Positions 1-10,376 of a stretch of 64,000 nucleotides of DNA are shown piece after piece. Under the pieces are notes generated by a model. The model searched no databases and was not told the origin of the DNA. It saw only the letters and a list, made by a program, of their open reading frames with translations. Position numbers and translations under genes: made by a program. Location of the stretch: positions 1,120,001-1,184,000 of the forward strand of contig OZ244252.1 of NCBI GenBank assembly GCA_965217185.1, written 5' to 3'. The stretch comes from an uncultured Candidatus Entotheonella sp. (GTDB lineage: Bacteria; Tectomicrobia; Entotheonellia; Entotheonellales; Entotheonellaceae). Within the stretch, counting starts at the first letter, position 1. Each line of letters starts with the position of its first letter.

Positions 1-671
1 GGACGCCCGCGCCGCCGCTTCGGCTTGGCCGGCTGCGGCGCCTTCGGGGTCGGTCTCTCGCGCCCTTCAATCGCCGTCGAATCGCGTGAAATATGGCCTG
101 CCAGACGCTCACCCTGGGTGCGTTTGATCAGCGCCTCGTGCAGGTGGCTCGGCAAGGCGCTGTCGGCAAATTCGGCAAAGGCACGTGAAAACGTCGCCTC
201 GCTCGGAATGTGCTTGACGCTACGCCAGCCGCACAACCGGCGCAGGGTGCTGTCGTGGCGCAGACGATCAAGCAACATCCGGGTGCTAACCAGCGCGAAG
301 ACGGCCTTGGCGATGAAGGCGCGGGCTAAGGCCGCGCGGTCGCTTGGCGGACAGCCGCGACGCCGGTGCTGGTACGGCAGCAGCGTTTCCACCCGCACCC
401 ATTCGAGCACCATGACGAAGCGCTGATGGCGTTCCCCCAGCGCCCCGATCGTTTCCTCAAGCTGCGGGAACAGCAGCGCTTGAAAGCAAGACCAGTAACT
501 CGATAGTATCTCACGTAAGGCCATTGGGGTCGTTCCTCCTGATTCGGTTGTTTGACAACTCAACAGAATCAGAAAGCGGCCCCAATGTCCACCAATCAGC
601 CCCAGAGCCTGCCCCGTGCTTGACACGGAGAAAGAAAATCCCACTCGTACACGCAATTCTGCAAGTGGCTC
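1..671 (-). mobile_element. IS (IS5/IS1182-like DDE), copy 1, runs off window edge; transposase start at 524
   Basis: Reverse complement of the left part of the element at 13030-14525; terminal GAGCCACTTGCA at 660-671. Confidence 0.9.
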
Positions 672-674
672 AAG

Positions 675-2024
675 TCAGTGCGTATAACAGGCCGATTGCA
701 TCAAGCCCTGTAGATAGACTCGAGGGATTTTTACCCACTCGGTGTCGGGCGTTGATGTTGAAAAACACTCGACCTCCCATAGATGCTGCCGTACCGCTGC
801 CAAAGCATCGCTGAACGTTGCCTGCTGCTTGACATACCAAGCACTCTTTCGTACCGACAAGCGACCGTCCAGGTAGAGGTCATGAGCCAACAGCGCCACC
901 AACGAATACAAGCTCAGCAGACACGGCGTGGTCCGTTCAATTGCCAAGTCCGACCCCTGACGCTGGGTCTCAAAACCCAAGTGGGCGCGGCTTTCCTCGA
1001 ACGTCGTCTCGATGCTCCAGCGCTTGATAAAGCACGTCACAATATCACCTGCCTGATCGCTCGCACACGTCGAGAAATACGCCCGTGACGGGCCTTGGGT
1101 GTCGCGGTGGCCTACCAGAACCCATCTGAGCGGCAGCAGCGGCTGGCCGCTGCGATACCACAGCGCCGCGCCGCTACTGACCTGCAACCATCGCAGGCGG
1201 CCATCATACCAGCGCACACACAGGGACTGCCAAGGGGTCGCCGCGTCATCGAGACGTTCGGCCAGCGTGGGCAGGCGTCTGCCTTTGAGACGCGGGCGAC
1301 CCCGCGCACCCGGTTGGCGAGGCGGCGGCGTTTCATGGAGAACCGCATCGAGACGCAGGGGCGCAATCAGGCGCACCCCACAGCGCCGACAGGCATGCCC
1401 GAGTTCCACGACACTGTAGGCTTGATCACCAAGCACGGTGATAGCGACGTGCGGCAGCCAACGACGCACCACCCGGATCATCTGGCGTGCCCACTGGGCG
1501 ATGGTCTTGTGTCTCAGCCCCAGGCGCTCACTGACCTGGGGCGTTGGCGCCGGCACACTCAAGACGGGCAAGGCCCAACAACGCGTCGTCCAGGGCGGCG
1601 TGATGACCAGGGTCAACACAATCCAGCGTAGCCCACTGGTGCTGACGGTGCGCTTGCGGCTGGAAGCCAGCGGGTCGCGGTAATGACCGCGCTTGCTGAT
1701 ACGTCGGCCCCAGTGTCTCTCCAGCGTTTCGTCAATGACGAACGTGAGGCTGCCGCCAGCGGCACCAAAGGTCTGCACCAGCATGGATAGCAGACAGCGA
1801 CTGCCTTTGAGAGCGGACCAGCGAGCACGATTGAACACCTGATGGTAGAGACTGAAGGACGCCGTATCACCCTGGCCCGTGTGTCGCAGGGCCGCGGTGA
1901 CGGTGCGTCGCCCGCAGGCCAACAGGGTCCCGATGAGCAGGCGTTGGGCTTTGCGCCAGGTTGGTGCGCTGAAGAGACTTTGAAAGGGTGCCAGTAGGGT
2001 GCTAGGGTGTGCTGAAGGGGGCAT
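675..2024 (-). CDS. IS701-family transposase (element end at 2118; other end cut off by the IS at 671)
   Basis: 449 aa, close paralog of 51965-53314; IDET, GDQAY and RWSIETTFEE DDE motifs; IR CTCGACTTTGTAC at 2106-2118. Confidence 0.85.
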   Translation of the reverse strand: MPPSAHPSTLLAPFQSLFSAPTWRKAQRLLIGTLLACGRRTVTAALRHTGQGDTASFSLYHQVFNRARWSALKGSRCLLSMLVQTFGAAGGSLTFVIDETLERHWGRRISKRGHYRDPLASSRKRTVSTSGLRWIVLTLVITPPWTTRCWALPVLSVPAPTPQVSERLGLRHKTIAQWARQMIRVVRRWLPHVAITVLGDQAYSVVELGHACRRCGVRLIAPLRLDAVLHETPPPRQPGARGRPRLKGRRLPTLAERLDDAATPWQSLCVRWYDGRLRWLQVSSGAALWYRSGQPLLPLRWVLVGHRDTQGPSRAYFSTCASDQAGDIVTCFIKRWSIETTFEESRAHLGFETQRQGSDLAIERTTPCLLSLYSLVALLAHDLYLDGRLSVRKSAWYVKQQATFSDALAAVRQHLWEVECFSTSTPDTEWVKIPRVYLQGLMQSACYTH

Positions 2025-2122
2025 CGCTGACCTCACTGCAAGATGGTTTGGTGGAACCTGCCATCTTACAAGACGGGGACGATGCCCTGGATACTCTCTC
2101 ATTTTGTACAAAGTCGAGCTAA

Positions 2123-2444
2123 GAGTCTGTTCCTAAAGTCGTGAGTGGTCCCGACATGTGGTATTGCGAGTTGGTTGCAACACCACTTGGAGGAAACCAC
2201 ATGCCTTGGAACAGGACCACTCGCAAGGATTATAAACGTGACGGCAGACGCTACGAAAGCGACGTGACAGATAAGGAATGGGCAATCGTCGAAGCGATGC
2301 TGCCCAAACAGGGGCCCCTGGGGCACCCTCGCGAGACGGACTTGCGCGAGGTCTTCAATGCCATCCAGTATGTGCTGGCCACGGGTTGCCAGTGGCGGGC
2401 GCTGCCGGGTGATTTTCCGCCCTATTCGACGGTCATCAACTACT
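2123..2444 (+). pseudogene. Truncated IS5-family (IS1031-group-like) element, transposase N-terminus from 2201
   Basis: Homologous to the start of 18074-19029 ([11 protein letters not shown]...[10 protein letters not shown]); cut at the IS5 end at 2445. Confidence 0.85.
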
Positions 2445-3734
2445 GAGCATCTCTAATAATACTCATCTTCCCACGTGGTTTAGAATCACAGAGACACGTT
2501 AACCAACAGGCCGGAGGAGTTGAACATGGCTCAGATGGGCTTTTTCGATGTCGAGAATCGCTACGCCGCTCTGGATGCCAAGCATGACCCCCTGGTGAAG
2601 ATCAATGCCGTCGTTCCCTGGGAAGCCTTCCGCAGCCGCCTGGAAAACGTCTGGCGCAAGCCGCCCGACAAGCGTAAGTCCAATGCGGGGTGCAAGCCGT
2701 GGGACGCCATCGTCATGTTCAAAGCGATCATTTTGTGCGCCCTCTACAATCTGTCGGATGACCAGGTCGAGTATCAGATGCGTGACCGCCTGTCCTTCGT
2801 GCGCTTTCTGGGGCTGGCGCTTGAAGACAAGGTGCCCGACGCCAAGACGGTGTGGCTCTACCGCGAGCAGTTGTCACAGGCTGGCCTCATGGAGGCCTTG
2901 TTTGAGGATTTCGACGGCTATCTGAAAAGCCAGGGCTACCGGGCCATGGGCGGCCAGATCATCGATGCCTCGATTGTCGCGGTTCCCATTCAACGCAATC
3001 GTCGTGACGACAATGAGCAGATCAAGCGCGGTGAGATGCCCGCGGCCTGGGCCGACAAGGCGGCCAAGCGTCGGCAAAAGGATACGGATGCGCGCTGGAC
3101 GAAGAAGCACGGCAAGAGCCACTATGGCGACAAGAATCACGTCAGCATCGACCGTCGGCACAAACGGATCCGGCGTTACCGGGTGACGGACGCGGCGGTG
3201 CACGACAGCCAAGGGGTTGATGAACTGCTTACGTCGGACAACACGGCAAGCGGCGTCTGGGCGGACAGCGCCTACCGGTCCAAAGCGATCGCGGAGAAGG
3301 TCAAGGAAAGGGGCTTGACGAGTCGGATTCATCGCAAGGGCTATCGCAACCGTCCGCTGTGTGATTGGGAGAAGGCGGGCAACCAGAGTCGTTCACGGTT
3401 TCGAGCACGGGTAGAGCATGTCTTCGGGGCGCAGCAAAACGACGTGGGCGGGACGTTGGTTCGCAGCATCGGTCTTGTACGGGCGAGCGCGCGGATAGGT
3501 CTCAAGAACCTTGCCTACAACAGGCGTCGCCTGGTTCACTTGCAACGTCTGGCGATGGTGGTGGATTCACGCTAAAGGGTGCAGCAGGGCGTGGGACGCC
3601 CTCATTGAAAGCGCCATGGTTCTTGTCGGGGAGCGACATCACCGCGCCAACCGCCGTTCATTCTCTACCGACATCACGCGATAGGACCACTCACGCCAGT
3701 TTTGCCCGCCAGTGAGTTATTTTTCGAGGCGCCC
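2445..3734 (+). mobile_element. IS5-family element with 351-aa transposase (2520-3575)
   Basis: IIDASIV, DTDARWTKK, WADSAY and RARVEHVF motifs; imperfect IRs GAGCATCTCTAATAAT / GGGCGCCTCGAAAAAT. Confidence 0.9.
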
Positions 3735-5062
3735 TCGAGTTACTGGTCTTGCTTTCAAGCGCTGCTGTTCCCGCAGCTTGAGGAAACGATCGGGGCGCTG
3801 GGGGAACGCCATCAGCGCTTCGTCATGGTGCTCGAATGGGTGCGGGTGGAAACGCTGCTGCCGTACCAGCACCGGCGTCGCGGCTGTCCGCCAAGCGACC
3901 GCGCGGCCTTAGCCCGCGCCTTCATCGCCAAGGCCGTCTTCGCGCTGGTTAGCACCCGGATGTTGCTTGATCGTCTGCGCCACGACAGCACCCTGCGCCG
4001 GTTGTGCGGCTGGCGTAGCGTCAAGCACATTCCGAGCGAGGCGACGTTTTCACGTGCCTTTGCCGAATTTGCCGACAGCGCCTTGCCGAGCCACCTGCAC
4101 GAGGCGCTGATCAAACGCACCCAGGGTGAGCGTCTGGCAGGCCATATTTCACGCGATTCGACGGCGATTGAAGGGCGCGAGAGACCGACCCCGAAGGCGC
4201 CGCAGCCGGCCAAGCCGAAGCGGCGGCGCGGGCGTCCGCGCAAGGGCGAGGAGCGTCTCACGGAGCCGCGCCGTCTGGAGCGCCAGCGCAACATGACCCT
4301 GCCGGAGATGCTCGCCGACTTGCCGTACGCCTGTGACATTGGCGTCAAGCGCGACGCCAAGGGCTATCAGACGTCATGGAGCGGCTACAAGTTGCATATT
4401 GACGCGGCCGACGGCGCCATCCCGGTCAGTTGCCTGCTTACCTCGGCGTCGCTGCACGACAGCCAAGTCGCCATCCCGCTGGCGACCCTGACGGCGGAGC
4501 GAGTCCGCAACCTGTATGACCTGATGGACAGCGCCTACGATGCCCCGGAAATCCGCGCCCACAGCCGCGCCCTGGGTCATGTTGCGATCATCGACGTCAA
4601 CCCCCGCAGCGGCGCGCGCAAGCAGGCGCTGCGGCAGGAGAGGCAGGCACGGCGTGCCTGTGGGTTGGTCCTGTCTGAGGAGAGACGTTACCACGAACGC
4701 TCGACCGTCGAGCGCGTCAATGGTCGCCTCAAGGATGAATTCGGAGGTCGCAGCGTGCGCGTGCGCGGCCATGCCAAGGTGCTGTGTCATCTGATGTTCG
4801 GGATTGTGGCGCTCACGGTTGATCAGTTGATGCGCTTGGTGACCTGAAGCTGGTCTCGCGGCCCCGTTTCCTCCATCCCGGCACGCGCTGCTGTCCTGTA
4901 CGCAGGGGGGAGAGTTGCGTCCGCATCGCAAGACGGGAGCCGGAACTCGGCACCGCCATGGCTGAATTCGTGGCAATTGGAACCACCGACGGCAAATGAT
5001 TCACCGTACGGTCTCATGACAACCGCTCCGAGGCCAAACTAGCGGAGTTTTGCAAGTGGCTC
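3735..5062 (+). mobile_element. IS (IS5/IS1182-like), copy 2, 5'-truncated
   Basis: Near-identical to the 13030-14525 element from about codon 8 onward; right IR TGCAAGTGGCTC ends at 5062. Confidence 0.9.
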
Positions 5063-5066
5063 CTCT

Positions 5067-5310
5067 TTGACTTTTTTACAGGTGGCGAGGAAGGAAGAGG
5101 CGTATCTTTCGTCTAAGTTTGCAGAGCACTATGCTGCCTACAAAAACAGTGCGCCACGGTTCATCCCTATGAATTTCAGGGCATTTCAAACGGAGCCCAG
5201 CGTGAATGTTGACGTCCGAGTGTTGAACCGCTGCTTTTGGGACGCTGCATTCTTTATCCTGGCAATTCCCAGCGCTTGAGCTTGTTAAATGGTTGCATGG
5301 AGTCAAATCT
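5067..5310 (+). pseudogene. C-terminal remnant of an isoprenylcysteine carboxyl methyltransferase-family membrane protein
   Basis: EEAYLSSKFAEHYAAYKNSAPRFIP resembles the EE..L...FG..Y..Y.....RFIP tail; N-terminus removed by the IS. Confidence 0.6.
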
Positions 5311-5709
5311 GTAGCGACATTCGTATTGGTCTGACGCCAATATGTAAGCTATGAATTGGCGCCGTTGCTGGTCGAAACGGCAGTCGCGGCAGGCTTCCCA
5401 CCACGCAGGGTGATTTCGCCGGTTTCGGGCCAAAACGGTGGGACATGTGCCGAGGATTCAGAACTGTTTGGCAGTAAAAGTGGAACGCCAGCCCAGAAAT
5501 CAAGGACGCCGTCCAGATGCCCAGGCAGCCTTGCCGGAGCTCACGGGCAGTATTGCAAGTGATGATTTACGCGGCAATCCGCTCAACCGGTGAAAGTGCA
5601 GATCGTTAGATACGGCCGACGGCAGGTTTTCCCCTTGCCGGTGTGGAAAACGTCGGCGACTGTTGTCTACTCGAATTCTGGGCTGGGAAGATGCGTCAGG
5701 GACCAGAAT

Positions 5710-6450
5710 CTGACAGTTGTGCCTTGAGCGCCTGGAAGTCTGGTCTCGGTCAGCCCGGTAGCGGCCTCGATGACGTCTCACGTCACCCCGACCCGTAACA
5801 AGCCTTCCCCGACTTGGATTTTGGCGCGTTGTTCGTCGTGCTGCTCACCTTCGGCCAAGAGTTCCTCCGCATACGTCATGATCTCTCCTCCGCGCTCAAG
5901 TCCCTGGCGCTGGAGCGCCTCGGTGTCCTGCGTCACTATCAGGTACAAAATGAAGCGTCAGAGTTCATCCACCCCGCCGCCGACCTGGCTCAGAGACAGG
6001 AGCAACTGCGCCGTCATCTGCAGCGCCATGTCCACGTGGCGGCCGAACGCTGCCATCATCAGCAACTAGAGCGTTTTCGTATCAAGCTGTAGGTCGGATT
6101 AGCGAAGCGTAATCCGACATTCCACTGCACCCCGCAGGCTTCTGCTGTCGGGTCACGTCTTCGGTTAACCCGACTTACCTGAAGCCGCCAGTCTATACAT
6201 GTATTCAATCCGATACAGAAATGCTCTAGGTGTCGCGGCCCCTGACGCCGCCGGCAACCTTCGTCGGGATCGAGAGTCGTCTGGTCCAGGAGTTCGTGAG
6301 CGAACCGGGCTACCCACGGCAAGGCGCGGGCGGCTTCGGGAAATAGGTCACTGAACTCGGTCGAATGGTTCCAATCGCGCCCGCTCTGGTAAAACACCAC
6401 CGGCACGATAGGCCGTAGCTTGTTCCGCGCCACCCGGAGCCCTCAGCCAT
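5710..6450 (-). pseudogene. Rpn/YhgA-like (Transposase_31) nuclease remnant, split by a MITE
   Basis: LRPIVPVVFYQSGRDW...LLDQT, then IMTYAEELLAEG...DVIEAATGL across broken frames. Confidence 0.65.
6066..6229. mobile_element. MITE containing a pair of REP palindromes
   Basis: Imperfect TIRs CTAGAGCGTTTTCGTATC / GATACAGAAATGCTCTAG; REP GTAGGTCGGATTAGCGAAGCGTAATCCGAC (6089-6118) and an inverted REP (6147-6178). Confidence 0.75.
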
Positions 6451-6526
6451 TCGTCCAGCTTTGACCACCGACGCCGCCCCGATACGTTGCGCACGGCGAT
6501 GGACACCGCCTTCTTTTGCCCCACCA

Positions 6527-6564
6527 GGGGTCGGTTGCGGAAAAGGGCGAAATGACACGCTAAG
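6527..6564. repeat. Tn3-family 38-bp terminal inverted repeat
   Basis: GGGGTCGGTTGCGGAAAAGGGCGAAATGACACGCTAAG (GGGG...CTAAG), directly after the tnpA C-terminal remnant. Confidence 0.85.
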
Positions 6565-6765
6565 GGCAAATCAGCGTCTCTTTTTCCATCTGTATTCGGC
6601 CGGCAAGCAGAATGTGGCCCCATCCGAGGGGCGAGGTGTGTGGCAGGAGCTCAGGCACCACGGGCAGGCCGGCGTGTCTTCGCCTGGCGACCGCTTCGCC
6701 CAGCCGGGCGGTGTTCCAGTAGATGACGATGGCGGCGAGCAGATTGAGGCCTGTCAGGCATTGCG
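6565..6765 (-). pseudogene. tnpA: Tn3-family transposase, C-terminal fragment
   Basis: Minus strand reads GLNLLAAIVIYWNT...HTSPLGWGHILL. Confidence 0.8.
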
Positions 6766-6832
6766 AGCGTTAGAGCGCTTTCGGATCAAGACGGCTTGTA
6801 GTGAGTGTCGGCCTTGTTGAAATCCTGATCGT

Positions 6833-7783
6833 TCAATACAGAAATCGAGCGTTTACAGCCACGTAGGCGCTAAGCATGAACGCGCCTTCAAGGCGGGAAA
6901 TGCGCCTGCCGGTGACCATGACCGGAAGCAAAAGGACAGCCGACGCCAGCATGATCCATTGATCGACGGCGACGATATGGCCCGAGAATTCCAGAGGACC
7001 GAACAACGCCCCGGTACCCAGCACGCCCAGGATGTTGAAGATGTTGCTACCCAGAACGTTGGCGACGGCAACGTCGGCATGATGTCTGTAGGCCGCAATC
7101 ATCGTGGCTGTCAATTCGGGCACCGATGTGCCGAAGGCGATCAAGGTCAGGCCGATGATCGACTGCGGAATGCCGACGGCTTCGGCGATTGCAACAGCCG
7201 TTTCGACAAGCAGGGCTGCACCATAGACAAGACCCACGAATCCGCCGAGGATATAGGTGATGATCTTCAGAATGCCCATCGGAATACCAGCGTTTTTCTC
7301 GCCGACCTTCTCATGCAACTCGGTGGCGGCATTCTGATGCCGCCTGTCCCGCCGGTAGCTCAGCCACATGAAACCGGCCAATAGTGTCAACATCGACCCG
7401 CCTTGCCAAGTTGCAATTCCGCCGAGCAATCCGAGGCCGCACAGCAGCAACGCAGCAAACAGCATCATGGTGCCGTCATGGCGCACCGCACGCGGGTCGC
7501 AACTTAGCGGTCGGATCAAGGCCCCCATCCCGAGGATGAGCAGGGTATTGGCGATGTTGCTCCCGATGGCATTGCCGACTGCAATGTCCGCGTTCCCGGC
7601 GAGCACGGACTGAACCGTAACCACCAACTCGGGCGCGGAGGTGCCGATGCCCATGACCGTCAACCCGATGATCGCGGGCGACACCCCCATGAAACGTGCC
7701 AAGCCGACCGTGCCGCGCAGGGCGAATTCACCGCCGAGTATCAGGAGGATGAAACCAAGGACAAGAAAGAGAATATCCATCAT
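6833..7783 (-). CDS. Calcium/sodium antiporter (YrbG/CaCA family)
   Basis: Two alpha repeats: GTSAPE...GNAIGSNIAN and GTSVPE...ANVLGSNIFN. Confidence 0.9.
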   Translation of the reverse strand: MMDILFLVLGFILLILGGEFALRGTVGLARFMGVSPAIIGLTVMGIGTSAPELVVTVQSVLAGNADIAVGNAIGSNIANTLLILGMGALIRPLSCDPRAVRHDGTMMLFAALLLCGLGLLGGIATWQGGSMLTLLAGFMWLSYRRDRRHQNAATELHEKVGEKNAGIPMGILKIITYILGGFVGLVYGAALLVETAVAIAEAVGIPQSIIGLTLIAFGTSVPELTATMIAAYRHHADVAVANVLGSNIFNILGVLGTGALFGPLEFSGHIVAVDQWIMLASAVLLLPVMVTGRRISRLEGAFMLSAYVAVNARFLY

Positions 7784-7920
7784 GCCTCCAAGCGCAGCAA
7801 CTCACCACACGACTGTAATTCTTTAGCCTGCCCGGCAATCTGCGGTTTTCCTCCGAGTGCAGAATGAGGGGCAGCGGCTGAAAGCTACAGAACTACCCAG
7901 GTCAAAACCGATCCCGGTAT

Positions 7921-8031
7921 TAGAGCATTCCCGTGTTGGGATTGAGTGATATGTGGTCCGGTAGCCCCTCAAGCAGGTCGGGTTAACCGCAGGCGTATCC
8001 GAAACCTGCAGCTTGATACTGAAATGCTCTG
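7921..8031. mobile_element. Second, inverted and internally deleted copy of the REP-containing MITE
   Basis: Aligns with the reverse complement of 6066-6229 at both ends; one REP-like unit retained. Confidence 0.65.
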
Positions 8032-8240
8032 GCGCTGCCCCCGTGCTGGATTACCTGATCTCTCCATGGTGGCCGCTGCACAGGGTTCTTCAGGGCATGG
8101 CGGGACGTTCCCTTGTTCAGGCCAACCCGGGATGGCGCTGCATGGCTGGATTCAGCGCCCAGTCGATTATGAAGAGTGTGGGCTCGATCCGTCCGATTTC
8201 GCGCAGCGCAGCGGCGACATCGCTACGGCACAGATCACAT
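8032..8240 (-). pseudogene. tnpA: Tn3-family transposase internal fragment
   Basis: DVAAALREIGRIEPTLFIIDW...GLNKG..RHALKN...GEIR with frameshifts. Confidence 0.75.
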
Positions 8241-9041
8241 TCTCGAAAACGTTGTCTCGAGTGCATGTTTTCGTAACAAGGTTTTGCGGGGTTGTCGGGC
8301 GCGTTTTTCGGCAAAGCGTAAGTCCTGGAGGTCTACCGCGATGCGCGCGACAAAGAGTTGGATACTGTTGGCAAACCCTGCTTACAGTCATCTGCCCGCC
8401 CTTGTCGCACAGGAGGGAGCCAGCAATGCCAATGGTAAGGGCCATGTCGGGGCTCGCGGCCGTTCTCCAAACTTGGCCACTTGGCGATTCAATTGGGGTT
8501 CGCCAACAGTATCCGGACGATTTCCTTGTAGACACAACTGGCACCGTATACCCCGACGATTCCCGAAAGAAAACCTGTTGCGCAAAACTCTGCAAGTTTC
8601 TGAATGCGGCCCTGTCTATTCTGACGGGGGCCGGCCCTATGAGGTCATCATCAGGACGACCGTAGCCACAAGAGACGGCTCGTAGAGGATCGTGCAACCC
8701 CTGGTCTGGCAGGTTACAATTTCATTCTCACGAGCGTGGGTCTGTCGCAGATAATCTGGGCCCATTCGCATTTAATTCGGGCCGGACCGAAAATATAGTC
8801 AGTTAATGTGGGCCAGAAATTGCGATGATCTCGGGCCCGGCTTCCGATGTTCTCAAGTCGCTACACATGAGATGCAACTTTCAGATCGCAACCACACTTT
8901 TTGCACTCCCCTTATTGCCTCGCAGGTATCCGGCCGGAGCTTCGAGACGGGCTGAATCATGGGGGTGTTCCCGTTGGGTAAGGGGAACGTGGCGGCGTGC
9001 CGGGCGAGCGGGGCCGCGCGATCCCGTGTTCGTGGTGATGA

Positions 9042-9317
9042 TTACAGGCTGTCTCTGAGGGAAGGCGTCGGCTTGAAGGCGATGGTCTTGCTGGCTTTGA
9101 TCTTCATGGTGGCCCCGGTTTGCGGATTGCGTCCTTTCCGTGCCGCTCGTTCTCGCAATGTGAAGGTGCCGAAGCCTGGGTACGCGAAGCGCTTTTCTTT
9201 GCAGACGGCTTGGCCGATGGCGTTGAAGGTCGCCTCCAGTAGCGTTTCGGTGTCCTTCTTGCTGAGGCTGACGCCTGAGGAGCTGGTGACTTGGTCGATG
9301 AGGTCTTTCTTGGTCAT
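9042..9317 (-). CDS. hup: HU-family DNA-binding protein
   Basis: MTKKDLI...GFGTF...RAARKGRNPQTG. Confidence 0.92.
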   Translation of the reverse strand: MTKKDLIDQVTSSSGVSLSKKDTETLLEATFNAIGQAVCKEKRFAYPGFGTFTLRERAARKGRNPQTGATMKIKASKTIAFKPTPSLRDSL

Positions 9318-9414
9318 GTGGTTTCCTTTGTGAGTTGAGGGATTTCTGGAAGACGAGCGTAGACAGGAACGTGGGAATATACAACCAGGCGGCCTAAATG
9401 GAGTCAGGCGTGGT

Positions 9415-9561
9415 GGGGAGTGCCAAAAAACGGGGGATACTCAAGGGGCGTGCGGTTAAGTTTCAGGTGTCCTGTCCCAGACGACTTTAGTCTTGGGCGC
9501 CACGGCTCAATTTCCTCTCCCCACACGAATCCGCAATCGCCCACACTTTTTGGCGCTTCCC
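9415..9561. repeat. ~147-bp MITE-like repeat, copy A
   Basis: Ends GGGGAGTGCCAAAAA / TTTTTGGCGCTTCCC; direct homolog of 10151-10298. Confidence 0.75.
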
Positions 9562-9624
9562 TATCCTATGGTGTAAACTCTGCGCCCACAGCGTCGTACA
9601 TGTATGACAAACAAAGAGGCCGCC

Positions 9625-9843
9625 ATGTTGTCGATCCGACTTCCCGAAGAAATCGAAGCCCGACTCGAGCGCCTTGCGAAGCAGACGGGCCGGACCAAGA
9701 GCTTTTATGCTCGCGAAGCCATCCTTGAGAAAATCGAGGACATGGAAGACGTCTATCTAGCCGAACACGTGCTGGAGCGCATTCGCAAGGGGGAGGAAAA
9801 AACCCTGAGCGCGGAAGAAATGTGTCGTGGCCTGGAGGATTGA
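9625..9843 (+). CDS. relB: RelB/CopG-like RHH antitoxin
   Basis: MLSIRLPEEIEARLERLAKQTGRTKSFYAREAI; overlaps the toxin start. Confidence 0.85.
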   Translation: MLSIRLPEEIEARLERLAKQTGRTKSFYAREAILEKIEDMEDVYLAEHVLERIRKGEEKTLSAEEMCRGLED

Positions 9844-10092
9844 GTACGCCGAAAGCGTCCAGAAGTCCGTTCGCCGCCTGGATCGGCAGATGCAGCGACG
9901 GCTTCGGGCTTTCCTCGAGGTCCGATTGGCCGGCATGGACAATCCGCGCCAGGCATTGCGATGCAGGGGACACGGTATGGTGATCTGTGGCGTTACCGTG
10001 TCGGAAATTATCGTATCATGGCCGAGATAGATGATGAACGTATCCGTATCCTGGTCGTACGGATCGCCCATCGCAGCGATGCATACCGCTAG
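9827..10092 (+). pseudogene. relE: RelE/ParE-family toxin, frameshifted near 9955
   Basis: MAWRIEY...DNPR, then LWRYRVGNYRI...ILVVRIAHRSDAYR in another frame. Confidence 0.8.
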
Positions 10093-10150
10093 CAACTGCG
10101 CAGGAGGTAAAGGGTGAAGCCGCACCGAAACTGGAAGAGGCGATCTACCT

Positions 10151-10298
10151 GGAGAGTGCCAAAAAGTGGGGGCATTCAAGGTCGCACGGTTCAATTTCGG
10201 ACGCCCTGTCTCAGATACCTTCAGGCCTTGGTGTCGCGGCTCGAATTTCTCTTGCCCACACAGATCCGCAATCTCGCCCCCACTTTTTGGTACTCCCC
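10151..10298. repeat. ~148-bp MITE-like repeat, copy B
   Basis: Ends GAGTGCCAAAAAGTGGGGGC / GCCCCCACTTTTTGGTACTC. Confidence 0.75.
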
Positions 10299-10376
10299 AT
10301 TGACGTACGTCACCAACCTCATGCGCAAGCCCGTAGCCGTGTGCCAGGCTCAAAACGCTAAGCAGGCCGCCACCAT

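Noticed and set aside
5349..5390. Short similarity (LLVETAVA) to the Ca/Na antiporter gene
   Set aside because: Only about 25 nt; cannot be distinguished from chance
7946..8697. Overlapping 170-240 aa ORFs
   Set aside because: Span MITE and Tn3 debris; no recognisable protein features
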